Source of the DNA: Candidatus Parcubacteria bacterium
GTDB lineage: Bacteria; Patescibacteriota; Saccharimonadia; UBA4664; JBIOIQ01
Assembly (NCBI GenBank): GCA_963718875.1
Contig: OY970378.1
Coordinates: forward strand, 260,396-324,395
Reading direction: 5' to 3'
DNA: 64,000 bases
In this document: piece by piece, positions 1 through 9,989 of the stretch
How positions within the stretch are numbered: position 1 is the stretch's first letter
How the letters are laid out: the number at the start of each line of letters is the position of its first letter
Notes under the pieces: model-generated
What the model was told of the DNA's origin: nothing
Database searches by the model: none
Seen by the model: only the letters and a program-made list of their open reading frames with translations
Position numbers and translations under genes: made by a program

Positions 1-2
1 GA

Positions 3-161
3 GCGCGTGCAGAGGTTGTGTATGAAGCAGATAGGAACCGTTTGATTGAGCAAGTTTCGTCCGTTGCTGGACCAGGCGATGTGGTGCTTTGTATGTCGGT
101 TAACGGATATGATCAAGTCGCCCAAGAGTTGGCAGCTAAAATAACGCTTAAACAAAGTTAA
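3..161 (+). CDS. C-terminal fragment of a gene entering from upstream (GDVVLCMS motif, possibly Mur-ligase-like C-terminus)
   Basis: Open frame 3 from window edge to TAA at 159-161; ...AGPGDVVLCMSVNGYDQVAQELAAKITLKQS. Confidence 0.3.
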   Translation, partial: ARAEVVYEADRNRLIEQVSSVAGPGDVVLCMSVNGYDQVAQELAAKITLKQS

Positions 162-223
162 AAATAGCTTTTCCTTTAGGTATTACTGATGATACGATAC
201 GCTTGTAAGTTAAGGCTTAAAGA

Positions 224-1021
224 ATGGTAAACGAAGAGCTTTTGCACCAATTATTTGAACTTTCGATTGATGTTATGTATAGCGTGTCGATACCTGACGG
301 TTTAATTTTGGCGTTATCACCAGCTTTTACCGGACTTACTGGTTGGCCAGCTGAGGATTGGATTGGCCGGGCTTTCATGGATTTAATTCACCCCGATGAT
401 CGTAAATTGGCTATGGAGGCTTTCAAGATGAGGGCCAATGGTAAAGAGCCGGGACCGACTAGTCTGAAAATACTGACAAGGAATAAGGGAGATCTTATAG
501 CTGAGTTTACTAGCGCTTTAGTCAAGATTGAAGGACGGCCAACATCGATAATTGGGATTGCTCGAAACGTTACAGAACGAAAAATGATTGAGGATGAGTT
601 GGGGCGACGTAGTCGTCAAGTCCTACATATTCTTGAAAGTATTACCGATGGCGTTTATTTGCTGGATAATGAATGGCGGTATGTTATGCTCAACGATACG
701 GCTGAGGAGTTAACCGGAAAGTCGAGCTCCGAGTTGATAGGCAAAGTGTTTTGGGAAGTACGGTCTCCCGAGACAGTTAAGGCGTTATCGCAAAAGTTCC
801 GAGAGGCTAAGGAAACTAGTAAGGTAGTGGTTTTTGAAGAAGCTGATTTAAGTGCGCGCAAATGGTATGAAATTCGCGCCTATCCTCACGTTGATGGGTT
901 GGCAGTTTATTTTACTGACATTTCATTACGCAAGCGCACTGAGGAGCAGTTAAAAAAGCACAGCGAAGGCGTGGAAAAGATTTTAGGAGACATTTTGGGG
1001 ATACAGGAGAAGTGGAGCTAG
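224..1021 (+). CDS. PAS-domain signalling protein (two PAS-like segments)
   Basis: PAS S-box-like motifs (ELLHQLFELSIDVMYSV..., ITDGVYLLDNEWRYVMLND...). Confidence 0.65.
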   Translation: MVNEELLHQLFELSIDVMYSVSIPDGLILALSPAFTGLTGWPAEDWIGRAFMDLIHPDDRKLAMEAFKMRANGKEPGPTSLKILTRNKGDLIAEFTSALVKIEGRPTSIIGIARNVTERKMIEDELGRRSRQVLHILESITDGVYLLDNEWRYVMLNDTAEELTGKSSSELIGKVFWEVRSPETVKALSQKFREAKETSKVVVFEEADLSARKWYEIRAYPHVDGLAVYFTDISLRKRTEEQLKKHSEGVEKILGDILGIQEKWS

Positions 1022-1077
1022 GTCGGGTCGCGCGTGGCAATTTGCTTATTGAGCTTGGTAGTGCATAATTAACAAAA

Positions 1078-1251
1078 TGAAACCCAAAATCGTTATCCTG
1101 AGTTGTGGTGGAACTATGGCCATGAAGTCCAATGGACATGGAGCTCTAGTCCCGGCTAAGACAGTTGATGAGTTAGTGGCGTTTTTGCCTCAAATTAGAG
1201 ATAGGGCTAATATCCACAGGGAAGATGGTATTGAGCTGGAAAATAGATGAT
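1078..1251 (+). pseudogene. L-asparaginase family N-terminal fragment (57 codons then stop)
   Basis: MKPKIVILSCGGTMAMKSNG resembles the asparaginase N-terminal TGGTIA signature; frame stops after 57 aa; below ORF-track cutoff. Confidence 0.3.
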
Positions 1252-1337
1252 TTAAAAACACTGACTAAATTAGCTTGGGAACGCGACCTTAGATAAGATA
1301 TTATAAGGTTTGATAAAATGGTCGCTTATGGTTATGA

Positions 1338-2546
1338 TTGTATCTGATGAATAACCAAGAGAACTCAGTCAAAAAAATTGTGATTGTTGGCGGTGGATTT
1401 GGTGGAGTCAGGCTGGCAAAGCTACTCTACAAACGGCCTGAACTGCAAATAACTCTTATAAGTGACCAAGATTATTTTGCTTATTATCCGCAGTTGTATC
1501 ATGCGGCTACAGGTGGATCGCGGTCAGAGGCCGCGATTCCTTTATCAGAACTATTTTCTGATACGTCAGTAAGGGTAGTTATCGACAAACTAGAAAAGGT
1601 TAACCCAACACGACATGATATCAGTACGGTTTCTGGCCAGACTTTTGCCTATGACTATCTTGTTCTGGCGCTAGGTAACGTTACCAATTACTTCGGTATA
1701 AGTGGCATGGAGGAGTATTCATACAACATTAAGACTATTGCCGGAGCGGATAAGTTTAAACGGCATTTACATCAAGAACTTATGGATGAGCATCGACTTG
1801 ATGCGAACTATGTAATTGTAGGGGCGGGCCCCACCGGGGTTGAGCTGTCGTCGGTTTTGGGTGAATATTTACGTAAGATTAGCGTGTACCACAAAGTTTC
1901 TACGCTTAATCTTAAGGTGGACTTAGTGGAGGCTGCGCCTCGAGTATTGCCAAGATCGCCTGAAGAGGTCAGTACTAAAATTTCAGACCGATTGGGGAGG
2001 TTGGGAGTAACAGTTATGACAGGTGTCACTGTAGAAGGTGAAACAGCTACAAAACTAAAATTAAAAGGGAAGGATTTAGTTACTGAAACAGTAGTCTGGA
2101 CAGCGGGAGTCGCAAATAATCCCTTCTATAAATTGCATCCGGAAATATTCAGCTTATCCAAGAATGGTCGCGTTGCCGTAGATGAACATCTTATGGCTGT
2201 TGATGACGTTTATGTTATAGGTGACAATGCCGACACACAATATAGCGGGATGGCTCAAACTGCCATTGCCGATGCTAATTACCTGGCAAGAGACATTGTG
2301 AGCCAGATTAAGCAGGGTCAGCGCAAACCGTATAAGCCAGCCAAGCCGATTAGCGTTATCCCTGTGGGCAAGGGATGGGCGGTAGTTGAGTGGGGCAATT
2401 TAAAAATCTATGGCAGGTTGGGGTGGTGGCTAAGACGACTGGCGGATTTAATAGCCTATCACGATATTGAAAGTTGGCCAAAAGCTGTTCGGGTGTGGCT
2501 TAAAGAACCGCTTGTTTATCATGACTGCCCGGTCTGTAAAGACTAA
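1338..2546 (+). CDS. ndh: Type II NADH dehydrogenase (NDH-2) / FAD-dependent pyridine nucleotide-disulfide oxidoreductase
   Basis: KKIVIVGGGFGGV Rossmann motif, second dinucleotide motif VIVGAGPTGVE, 402 aa. Confidence 0.75.
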   Translation: MYLMNNQENSVKKIVIVGGGFGGVRLAKLLYKRPELQITLISDQDYFAYYPQLYHAATGGSRSEAAIPLSELFSDTSVRVVIDKLEKVNPTRHDISTVSGQTFAYDYLVLALGNVTNYFGISGMEEYSYNIKTIAGADKFKRHLHQELMDEHRLDANYVIVGAGPTGVELSSVLGEYLRKISVYHKVSTLNLKVDLVEAAPRVLPRSPEEVSTKISDRLGRLGVTVMTGVTVEGETATKLKLKGKDLVTETVVWTAGVANNPFYKLHPEIFSLSKNGRVAVDEHLMAVDDVYVIGDNADTQYSGMAQTAIADANYLARDIVSQIKQGQRKPYKPAKPISVIPVGKGWAVVEWGNLKIYGRLGWWLRRLADLIAYHDIESWPKAVRVWLKEPLVYHDCPVCKD

Positions 2547-3316
2547 GAAGTAGCCGTTCGTTTAACTTGATCTACAACTTTCGCCACTTCGGCGGGTGTA
2601 ACATCTTCAAAGTGTTTGTTCCCGAGGTCAAGTAGGGGTACCCAAATCCGCTTAGCTTGTTTGTGGGTAAGGGTCGCATATTTGACCAGGATAACCATGA
2701 GCAAAGTAAAGCCAGTGCATAATATTGCTAGGAGCAGGCGAAAGAACAGTACATTGCCGTAGTCAGTTTGGAGCACAAAGAACAAGGTAACGCTAAATAA
2801 TACCAACAACACCAGCCACTCATGGCTATAGAGCTTGCTTTGGTAAAGGTTATTGAGTTCATCGCGATTTTCTTGGGTTTTACTAACTTGGTTGTAGATA
2901 TTATTCATAACCGGGTCGTCTTTGTAGTCTGCTTGCTTGGTAAAACGCAATAACTCATCATAATAGGGGTTATCAGCCTGGATGCTAGAATCGCCTGCGA
3001 TACTTTCTATATAGGCTTTGAGCTTAACTTTTAATTCGTGCCGGACGTTGGCAGGCAGTAAATGAGATTGGGCTAAAACATCGAGAATCATCATGGTTTC
3101 TTTACGGACTGTCTTAGCTAGTGAATCAACTCTGGCTTTTTGGCCATTCAAAATCGGGCTAAAATAAAAACCAAACAAAAATGTATTAACCGAAAATAAA
3201 GCGAGCTGCCCGGGAGTTAGCTGGATATGGTTAATGTACGTAAGTACTACTACGAACAAAACAAACAGGCTTGGGTACAAATAGGATAGGCGAATATTAA
3301 GTATGTTTTGAAGCAT
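2543..3316 (-). CDS. Membrane protein, unknown function (N- and C-terminal TM segments around a soluble core)
   Basis: Hydrophobic termini; 4-bp overlap with ndh stop. Confidence 0.45.
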   Translation of the reverse strand: MLQNILNIRLSYLYPSLFVLFVVVLTYINHIQLTPGQLALFSVNTFLFGFYFSPILNGQKARVDSLAKTVRKETMMILDVLAQSHLLPANVRHELKVKLKAYIESIAGDSSIQADNPYYDELLRFTKQADYKDDPVMNNIYNQVSKTQENRDELNNLYQSKLYSHEWLVLLVLFSVTLFFVLQTDYGNVLFFRLLLAILCTGFTLLMVILVKYATLTHKQAKRIWVPLLDLGNKHFEDVTPAEVAKVVDQVKRTATS

Positions 3317-3445
3317 GCAATGATTATATCATCTCGGCATAAGCACTTTAAATAATAATCTTTACTCGAAAATCAAAATTGTAAAAGCCATCTTAAGCGT
3401 TCTCTCAGATGGGGGGGTTAATGTAGTGCTCATTAAGGGGTAATT

Positions 3446-3931
3446 TTGCAAATGAAAAAAATATCTGTAGCCACAATTGTTCCAATTATAGCCATGGCGG
3501 TGGCTGGAGCTGGCGTATATGGTGTTAGTCGGGCGGTCGCCGACTCCAATGCTAATAAATCGACTATTGTGCAAGAAATTGCTGATACTTTTAAGCTTGA
3601 TAAGGCAAAAGTACAGGCAGTGTTTGATAAGCACAAAAACGAAGTCAGGGTGGATCACCAGGCTCGATATGAGGAGCGTTTGAATCAGGCTGTGAGTGAC
3701 AAGAAGTTGACCAGTGCTCAAAAAAAGGCAATTTTGGCTGAGCATAAAAAATTGCAGAGCCAAATGGAAGCAGCCCGTACAAGCGGTACTAATAAACGAG
3801 AAAATATGGAGAAAATTCGCTCAGAAGCCACTGATTGGGCCAAACAGAACGATATTGATGTTAAATGGCTGATGTTTGGTGGGGAGCGAATTCATGGTAA
3901 AGGGGTAAATACTGAAAATTTTTCTAAATAG
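3446..3931 (+). CDS. Secreted Lys-rich protein, unknown function
   Basis: N-terminal signal-peptide-like MKKISVATIVPIIAMAVAGAG; preferred over antisense ORF 3362..3763. Confidence 0.45.
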   Translation: MQMKKISVATIVPIIAMAVAGAGVYGVSRAVADSNANKSTIVQEIADTFKLDKAKVQAVFDKHKNEVRVDHQARYEERLNQAVSDKKLTSAQKKAILAEHKKLQSQMEAARTSGTNKRENMEKIRSEATDWAKQNDIDVKWLMFGGERIHGKGVNTENFSK

Positions 3932-4920
3932 TCGGCAATGTATCTAGTGATATATACAAGTCGCCCCCGCAAGGACGGCTTGTCCCTGGCGGGGGTTAAT
4001 TTTGGAGACGGAGTAGTGGAACTTGCGGAGTCTGGCAGTACTACCCAGAAGTTGCTGACTGGTCTTGGTCCGGACGACGGAATGTTGCGCAGCTCTCCGT
4101 CTACGACCATTTGAGTGGATCCGCCTCCATCTAGGTTGGCGGCGTCAGTGGCACCCAGTCTTAACATCAGGCTTGCTGCTTCATTGAGGCTCATACCGCT
4201 GCTCGCGCGTCCTTTGTCGACTGTGACGAAGATGATTTCTCCGGTTTGGGCGTTCCATCCCATCAAAGTTCGGGCTTGTCTGGATTCAGTGAAGATGGTG
4301 TGCTCTGAAATGGAGGTTTGTATGCCGTCTCGGAGTAGGCGGTAACTGGCCCCTAGGCTTTGAAAAGTCCCAGGTGGGATTTCTCCGTTTTCGCCGTAAC
4401 TAGGGCGGTTTGCTTTGTCGAGTGACACTTGGCTGTGATTGGTGACGGTGGGTCGGATGGGTTGGCCATCTGTAACAATTCCGCCAATCGGTATGCCGTT
4501 GTATAGGTGGATGTCCCCGTTGACCACTAGGAGCGCGTTTAGAGATTTGGCGATGTCGCTCGGCAGGGCCATGAAATGACCCTTGGAATCACGAGGAGCC
4601 AATATGGCCTTGATCTCTACTGCGGCATCTATAGGGATACGGGCGACGTTTATGACGTTCGCGGGATTCGTTTCGGTGATGGTTTGGTATGTCATGCTTG
4701 CTGGTAGCAAGGGAGCGACAGCGCGAGTAGTTGAGGTAGTTGGACTGATTGCGGAAGCCTCTGGCTCACCTATTCTGGATGAAGAGCCGAGAATTATTAT
4801 CAGGCATGCGACAAATGCCAGTCTGCGCATGACCCTCCTCTCTAGATTGTGATGTGCGCCGGTTTGGCTAATATTAGCATAAAGCCACGTAAGCATAAGG
4901 GCAACAATAAAAACACCCAT
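3892..4920 (-). CDS. Phosphodiester glycosidase family protein (NAGPA/DUF2233-like), secreted; GC-rich versus neighbours
   Basis: Motifs LVVNGDIHLYNG...GWNAQTGEIIFVTVDKG...ANLDGGGSTQMVVDG; signal peptide; GC-rich 3' hairpin at 3950-3990. Confidence 0.6.
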   Translation of the reverse strand: MGVFIVALMLTWLYANISQTGAHHNLERRVMRRLAFVACLIIILGSSSRIGEPEASAISPTTSTTRAVAPLLPASMTYQTITETNPANVINVARIPIDAAVEIKAILAPRDSKGHFMALPSDIAKSLNALLVVNGDIHLYNGIPIGGIVTDGQPIRPTVTNHSQVSLDKANRPSYGENGEIPPGTFQSLGASYRLLRDGIQTSISEHTIFTESRQARTLMGWNAQTGEIIFVTVDKGRASSGMSLNEAASLMLRLGATDAANLDGGGSTQMVVDGELRNIPSSGPRPVSNFWVVLPDSASSTTPSPKLTPARDKPSLRGRLVYITRYIADYLEKFSVFTPLP

Positions 4921-4955
4921 AGAATGGGTGTTTTTATTGTATGGGGTGGGGCGTT

Positions 4956-5681
4956 TTAAAACTTTTCTGGGTATTGTTTGACTATGGCGCTTGCCAGCGT
5001 ACTCATGAGGCTTTGAATATGCTTGGCTGCGGCTGCCTGGTCGGTGACTTCAAGGGTATAGTTTCCGGCTACGTGGTCGTCAATGACTTTGGCAGTCATG
5101 GCTACGTGGTCGCCAAAAGCTGACTCTAGAGTGGCTAGGGGCAGGTTGGGGTTAGCACCAGCAAGTAAAGCCGAGATGGGCTTGGTGTAGTTGGTAGCAA
5201 TATCGTTTAACGCAGCGGTTTTGTCGGCTTCTTTTTTGGCTTTGGCTGCCGTGGCGTAGTTTCCCAAAGCGTTTAAGTGGACATTCCAGATTTTTTGAAA
5301 CTCATCTTGAGTGGCTTGGCCGTAAACACTACCTATAGCAGCAGAAATCTCTGTTCCGTTAGCGGTAAGGGCTGCTTTTAGAACTGCAGCATCAGCTTTG
5401 CCGTCAAGGGCGGAATTGATTGCTTGGTTGGTTAAGTTCATATGGGTTGTTCCTAGAGCTACAAGAGTGGCACGGAGATCGGCAGATTTGGTAGTAGTGT
5501 CGGGGGTAGGTGCTGAGGGTGCCGGGGTGGAGGTGACGGTAGGCTCGGTTTGAGCTATGAGTTTGGCGGCGCCAAATCCTAGGGCTACTCCGATTACTCC
5601 TACAACTATTACAACGACAGTTCGTCCTCCTTTGGACGTATTTTGATCTACGTTATTGTCCATTTTATAACCACCTTTCAA
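4956..5681 (-). CDS. Membrane-anchored Ala/Thr/Pro-rich protein, unknown function
   Basis: N-terminal TM then TPAPSAPTPDTTT linker and Ala-rich domain. Confidence 0.45.
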   Translation of the reverse strand: MKGGYKMDNNVDQNTSKGGRTVVVIVVGVIGVALGFGAAKLIAQTEPTVTSTPAPSAPTPDTTTKSADLRATLVALGTTHMNLTNQAINSALDGKADAAVLKAALTANGTEISAAIGSVYGQATQDEFQKIWNVHLNALGNYATAAKAKKEADKTAALNDIATNYTKPISALLAGANPNLPLATLESAFGDHVAMTAKVIDDHVAGNYTLEVTDQAAAAKHIQSLMSTLASAIVKQYPEKF

Positions 5682-5875
5682 TTATGCATCATTTTAGCAT
5701 AAGAGCTTTATTTAAAACGATGCTTTCATTAGTTCACCTCAATTCATTACAGTCTATATCGCTGGGGACGTCAATATGCATGTCCATGTCTAGAGTCTAC
5801 TCGGCTTAAATAAGGGGTTTTAAAATAAAAAAACTTCGCTAAAAATTAGCGAAGCGAGAGTTAATAAGTTGAGGG

Positions 5876-5911
5876 CCGGGACGGCGACAGCAGATGCTGT
5901 CGCCGTCCCGG
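5876..5911. terminator. Perfect GC hairpin (CGGGACGGCGACAGC-AGAT-GCTGTCGCCGTCCCG) at 3' end of GC-rich island
   Basis: 15-bp perfect inverted repeat read directly. Confidence 0.55.
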
Positions 5912-5946
5912 AAGGGGGCGATGAAGGGACGTTGGGTGGAAGTCCG

Positions 5947-6258
5947 CTAGACGGACAGGAGGTTGCGGAGGGTGGCCCGGCTCATGTCTCCGATGGGGAT
6001 GCCGCCGAAAACCTGAGAGATCTCCCGGATGGTGATCAAGTAGACCTTCTCGTCGGTGCGGACCGAGAGCCCGATCCAGCTGGGCGTGCCGCGGCTGACG
6101 CAGCCGTCCATCACCTTGCTGTTGCGGATTGATGTGATCATGAGGTTCGTGATGACCTCCCGGGTGTCCGGGTCGTTGCTGTAGGCTCTCAACGTGTCGT
6201 CGTCCATGCTGACGACGAAGACCATGGGAGGGTTGGATTTGTCGGATATTGCCATGAC
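5947..6258 (-). CDS. Hypothetical protein on a GC-rich island (MAISDKSNPPMVFVV...)
   Basis: ORF in a visibly GC-rich segment 5.87-6.33 kb flanked by AT-rich DNA; start choice uncertain. Confidence 0.35.
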   Translation of the reverse strand, partial: VMAISDKSNPPMVFVVSMDDDTLRAYSNDPDTREVITNLMITSIRNSKVMDGCVSRGTPSWIGLSVRTDEKVYLITIREISQVFGGIPIGDMSRATLRNLLSV

Positions 6259-6420
6259 TGACTCCTTCTCTATGGGTCTAGGCGAGACTTCATCGCTGTG
6301 AATGATCAGCTTCTCGGATGAGTTATAGCCCACCCAAGAAAATCATTTTTTCATACTAACATATTAATTACTCTAAGTCAACTCTTTTTATCTGAACCGC
6401 TCTCATTCCCTCGCTCAAGC

Positions 6421-6480
6421 CTGTCATCCTGAAGAGAAAGGCCCCGCCTTGGCGGGGACATTTCTACCGTTCAGGATCTC
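6421..6480 (+). repeat. Hairpin repeat TGTCATCCTGAAGAGAAAG...TTCAGGATCTCT, copy 1 (left flank of polymerase module)
   Basis: ATCCTGAA / TTCAGGAT inverted arms enclosing a second GC hairpin; direct repeat with 8236-8290. Confidence 0.6.
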
Positions 6481-6682
6481 TCATCTAGATTAAGAGGCCC
6501 TGAAACAAGTTCAGGGTGACAATTTTGGAGGTCTTGGAGGCAAAGTGAGGGTGGCTCAGTCTTTTTATCACAAATTCAGGTTTAGTGACAAAGTCGTACT
6601 TCTCGTGGGGAAAGAAGTCTGACTTGTCTTGTGTTCGGTAATTGTTCGGTATATAATGAATACTCAAATCAAGAGGAGCGTG

Positions 6683-6946
6683 ATGCACGAAGCAGTTAAT
6701 GAACCGGTTGATGTTGTGGCTTCGTTTGTGCGCGGTCCCAAAAAAACCGTTAAGGTGCGCCCTCACATGCTGAAGTGGCAGGGCAAGCGGTACAAAGTTG
6801 ATACGTTTGGGTTGTACCATCCGGAGCGACGAGGGGCACAGTTATTCCATATATTTAGTTTTTCTTGTGGCTCGACGGCTTTTCGGGTGGAGCTAGATCC
6901 AGATACGTTGGGCTGGACTTTAACTCAAGTTTTTTACGGAGGTTAA
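6683..6946 (+). CDS. Small protein translationally coupled to the Y-family polymerase (possible YolD/UmuD-like accessory)
   Basis: RBS AGAGGAG before ATG 6683; its stop TAA 6944-6946 sits inside the RBS GGAGG of the polymerase gene. Confidence 0.4.
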   Translation: MHEAVNEPVDVVASFVRGPKKTVKVRPHMLKWQGKRYKVDTFGLYHPERRGAQLFHIFSFSCGSTAFRVELDPDTLGWTLTQVFYGG

Positions 6947-6951
6947 GGCAT

Positions 6952-8229
6952 ATGGAGCTAGATCATAACTCGGCACCGCCGGAAGTGATGCACATTGACC
7001 TAAACGGGGCTTTTGCAATGACCGAACAGCAGGCCAACCCCTTGATTCGCCATCGCCCGGTGGGCGTGACCAATAGGCTCAATGATTGGGCTATTTGCAT
7101 TACCACCTCTTATGAAGCTAAGCGCTTAGGTATTGTACTCGGGACGCGGATGCGAGAGGCCCGGCAAGTAGCGCCTAATTTTGTCATGGTTGAAAGCGAC
7201 GCAGCTAAATATTCGTACATCCATCAGCAACTGAAGAGTATTTTTGAAAGTTACTCCCCAGTGGTGTTCATGAAGTCGGTAGATGAAGGCATAATTGATT
7301 TTCGGGGAATGCAACCGATTCTCAAAGGGCGTACGCTGGCTGATATTGGGCTGGAAATCAAGCAACGGGTGCGGGATGAGGTGGGAGATTATATGACGGT
7401 CAATGTGGGTATTGCTCAAAACCGCTGGCTGGCCAAGCTAGCGGCTGGGTTTATGAAGCCGGATGGGTTATATCAAATTGATGCCAGTAATGCCGATGCA
7501 GTATACGGTATGTTGGATTTGTGTGAACTGCCTTATATTAAGCGTCGGAATGCATTACGTTTGGCTGGGGCCGGGATTTATAGCACACTGGATTTTTATC
7601 ATGCTCCTGAAGTTGTCCTAACCAAGCAGGTTTTTAAGAGCATTAATGGGCATCATTGGTACCTCAAGCTGCGCGGATATGAAACCGAGGTAGAGTTTGG
7701 TATTAAAACGGTGGGGCGTAATTATGTCTTGGAGCACCGCACGGCGGATCCAGTTGAGCTAGCCCAATTGTTTTATAAAGCGGCGGTTAAAATTAGTCGG
7801 CGACTACGTAAAAACCGACTGGCGGCTCGAGGATTGATGCTTTATTTGGGTTATGCGCAGGATCAAGGTAGTCATCGGGCGTGGGGAAATAGTACCGGCG
7901 CTGGTGGGTGGAGTATGCGCAAAATGTACAAAGTGGCGGCGACCAGGGCCGATCAAATTTACGCTAGAGCTTTGGAGCTGTATCAGATGAGCGGTGGGGG
8001 TGAGGTAGTGACAAGCTTGGTGATGACAACTTATGCTTTAGAGCTAGCTCAAACCAACCAAATGGGGTTGTTTTATGGTGAGGCGGAGAGGCGGGACCGT
8101 TTGGAAGTAGCAATTAATGCTGTTAACGACCGCTATGGGGAGCTAACGGTGGCTGCGGCGGCTGTAGCGGCTTCTAAAAACCCGATGAAGGATAAGATTC
8201 CCTTTGGCACCATCCGATATTTCGATTAG
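6952..8229 (+). CDS. Y-family DNA polymerase (DinB/UmuC-like translesion polymerase)
   Basis: IDLNGAFAMTEQ...RPVGV, VNVGIAQNRWLAKLAAGFMKPDGLY and HhH-like ELPYIKRRNALRLAGAGIYS match conserved DinB/UmuC blocks. Confidence 0.75.
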   Translation: MELDHNSAPPEVMHIDLNGAFAMTEQQANPLIRHRPVGVTNRLNDWAICITTSYEAKRLGIVLGTRMREARQVAPNFVMVESDAAKYSYIHQQLKSIFESYSPVVFMKSVDEGIIDFRGMQPILKGRTLADIGLEIKQRVRDEVGDYMTVNVGIAQNRWLAKLAAGFMKPDGLYQIDASNADAVYGMLDLCELPYIKRRNALRLAGAGIYSTLDFYHAPEVVLTKQVFKSINGHHWYLKLRGYETEVEFGIKTVGRNYVLEHRTADPVELAQLFYKAAVKISRRLRKNRLAARGLMLYLGYAQDQGSHRAWGNSTGAGGWSMRKMYKVAATRADQIYARALELYQMSGGGEVVTSLVMTTYALELAQTNQMGLFYGEAERRDRLEVAINAVNDRYGELTVAAAAVAASKNPMKDKIPFGTIRYFD

Positions 8230-8235
8230 CCGCTC

Positions 8236-8290
8236 TTTGTCATCCTGAAGAGAAAGCGAGGTACGAGCGCTTCTACTATTCAGGATCTCT
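8236..8290 (+). repeat. Hairpin repeat TGTCATCCTGAAGAGAAAG...TTCAGGATCTCT, copy 2 (right flank of polymerase module)
   Basis: Direct repeat of 6421-6480. Confidence 0.6.
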
Positions 8291-8389
8291 TAACTGCTAT
8301 CAACCGAACCAAGCGAATACATTTATTATTCAACTTATGCTTAGAATGATGAAAAACAACCATTCCATTGGTAACTTACTAGGTTTCTA

Positions 8390-8953
8390 TTGGTCGATCT
8401 TTTTGAGCTACTCTGTCATAATACCGGCATGTTTATAAATCAATTTGATAGCATTGCAGGTAGTTACGTAACCCGCTGGCCAGTTTGGTTACATCCAATA
8501 ATGATGGCGGCAACGATTGTAGGTTTGCCTGTGGTGGTGGTGGGTGTGGCACTAGCAGGAACAATAGTAGCCTGGAAACATGCTCAGTCCAAAATAGCCC
8601 TGGCTTTACTGGTTGGCGTGGCGGGATTAGGCGTTAATACGATTTTGAAGTATGGCATACATCGGATAAGGCCAGATACGCCATTCGCGTTGGCAATGAA
8701 GATTAAAAGTTATAGCTTTCCTAGTGGCCACGCTTTTGGTTCGGTGGCTGTATATGGACTATTGGCGTATTTGGCCTTAAGGTATTTGCCTAGTCCTTGG
8801 AACGGGCTCATCATGATGGCTTTGGTAGGCTTAATAACGATAATTGGCCTGTCCCGAGTTTATTTGGGGGCGCATTATCCTACGGACGTGTTGGGTGGAT
8901 GGATGCTGGGTCTAATAACATTGGCGCTAATCATTAACTTCATTAAGCCATAA
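8390..8953 (+). CDS. PAP2-family membrane phosphatase
   Basis: PSGHAFGS and RVYLGAHYPTDVLGG PAP2 motifs. Confidence 0.7.
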   Translation: MVDLFELLCHNTGMFINQFDSIAGSYVTRWPVWLHPIMMAATIVGLPVVVVGVALAGTIVAWKHAQSKIALALLVGVAGLGVNTILKYGIHRIRPDTPFALAMKIKSYSFPSGHAFGSVAVYGLLAYLALRYLPSPWNGLIMMALVGLITIIGLSRVYLGAHYPTDVLGGWMLGLITLALIINFIKP

Positions 8954-9816
8954 TGGCCAAGATATACGTCGTTTATAACCGTAATTCGGGTTCGAGCGAT
9001 CAGTTAGATGAACTTAAGCGAGCTTGCGACAAAAACAAATTGGAAGCGGAATTTATTTCGATCAAAGGCTTAGATGGCAGACTATCTGAAGCTAAGTCAA
9101 AGGGGCTAAAAACGATTGTGGCTGCCGGAGGGGATGGGACGGTGAGTGCGGTTGCCGCTCAAGTGGTGGGCACCATGTTCAATATGGGCGTGGTGCCGGT
9201 CGGTACGCTCAATCATTTTGCCAAAGATCTGAAAATACCGCTCGATATAAACCAGGCATTTAAGGTGATTGTTGCAGGAAAAACGACAAAAGTTGATACA
9301 GCTAGGGTTAATGGGCAACTTTTTATTAATAATTCTAGTATTGGAGTTTATCCTTTGGCTGTGCGATCGCGCGACAAGCTAGAATCAAAGATTGGAAAAT
9401 GGCCGGCGGCCTTGGTGGGGAGTGTTAAAGCTTTTTCAAAACTGAATTTATACCAAATCAGCCTCAACGTTGACGGAACGGTTAGCCAGCGTACTATCCC
9501 TTTTGCTTTTGTGGGGAATAACTCTTATAACGCTAACGAATTTGGTTTTACTAATCGCAAAACTTTAAACAAAGGTCAGTTGTGTTTGTACTTAGTTAGG
9601 GCAACGTCGAAGCGCAAAGTTGTACCGCTGGCGTTTAAAGCTTTTGGGGGCAAGGTTGATGACGAAGCCGCCTTTGAGCAGCATTTATGCAAAACAGTTG
9701 TTTTGGACAGCGACATGAAACAGATTGATATCGCTCTGGACGGAGAAGTAAAGCGCTTGTTATTTCCGCTAAAATACGAAATTGTACCTCAAAGTTTGAA
9801 CGTATTGGTTGCTTGA
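8953..9816 (+). CDS. DAGK-catalytic-domain lipid kinase (YegS/BmrU family)
   Basis: VYNRNSG...GGDGTVSAVA...NNSSIGVYP. Confidence 0.65.
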   Translation: MAKIYVVYNRNSGSSDQLDELKRACDKNKLEAEFISIKGLDGRLSEAKSKGLKTIVAAGGDGTVSAVAAQVVGTMFNMGVVPVGTLNHFAKDLKIPLDINQAFKVIVAGKTTKVDTARVNGQLFINNSSIGVYPLAVRSRDKLESKIGKWPAALVGSVKAFSKLNLYQISLNVDGTVSQRTIPFAFVGNNSYNANEFGFTNRKTLNKGQLCLYLVRATSKRKVVPLAFKAFGGKVDDEAAFEQHLCKTVVLDSDMKQIDIALDGEVKRLLFPLKYEIVPQSLNVLVA

Positions 9817-9989
9817 TACGACATGAGCCAGCCCATTATTCTTAATTCATGATTTGCGAGGAGTGTTAGCATGACCATGAACAGCACTTATAAATGTGTG
9901 CGGATAGCAAGCAGGCAAAATCGGTTGATTGTCTAATGCATCCTTTTTGCTAGCCGCGGCATGATCGGGGTACTAAAGGGAGATTGAAT

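Noticed and set aside
6485-6820. Minus-strand ORF 6485..6820 (111 aa)
   Set aside because: It overlaps the RBS-supported plus-strand ORF 6683..6946, which is translationally coupled to the polymerase gene, and has no RBS of its own.
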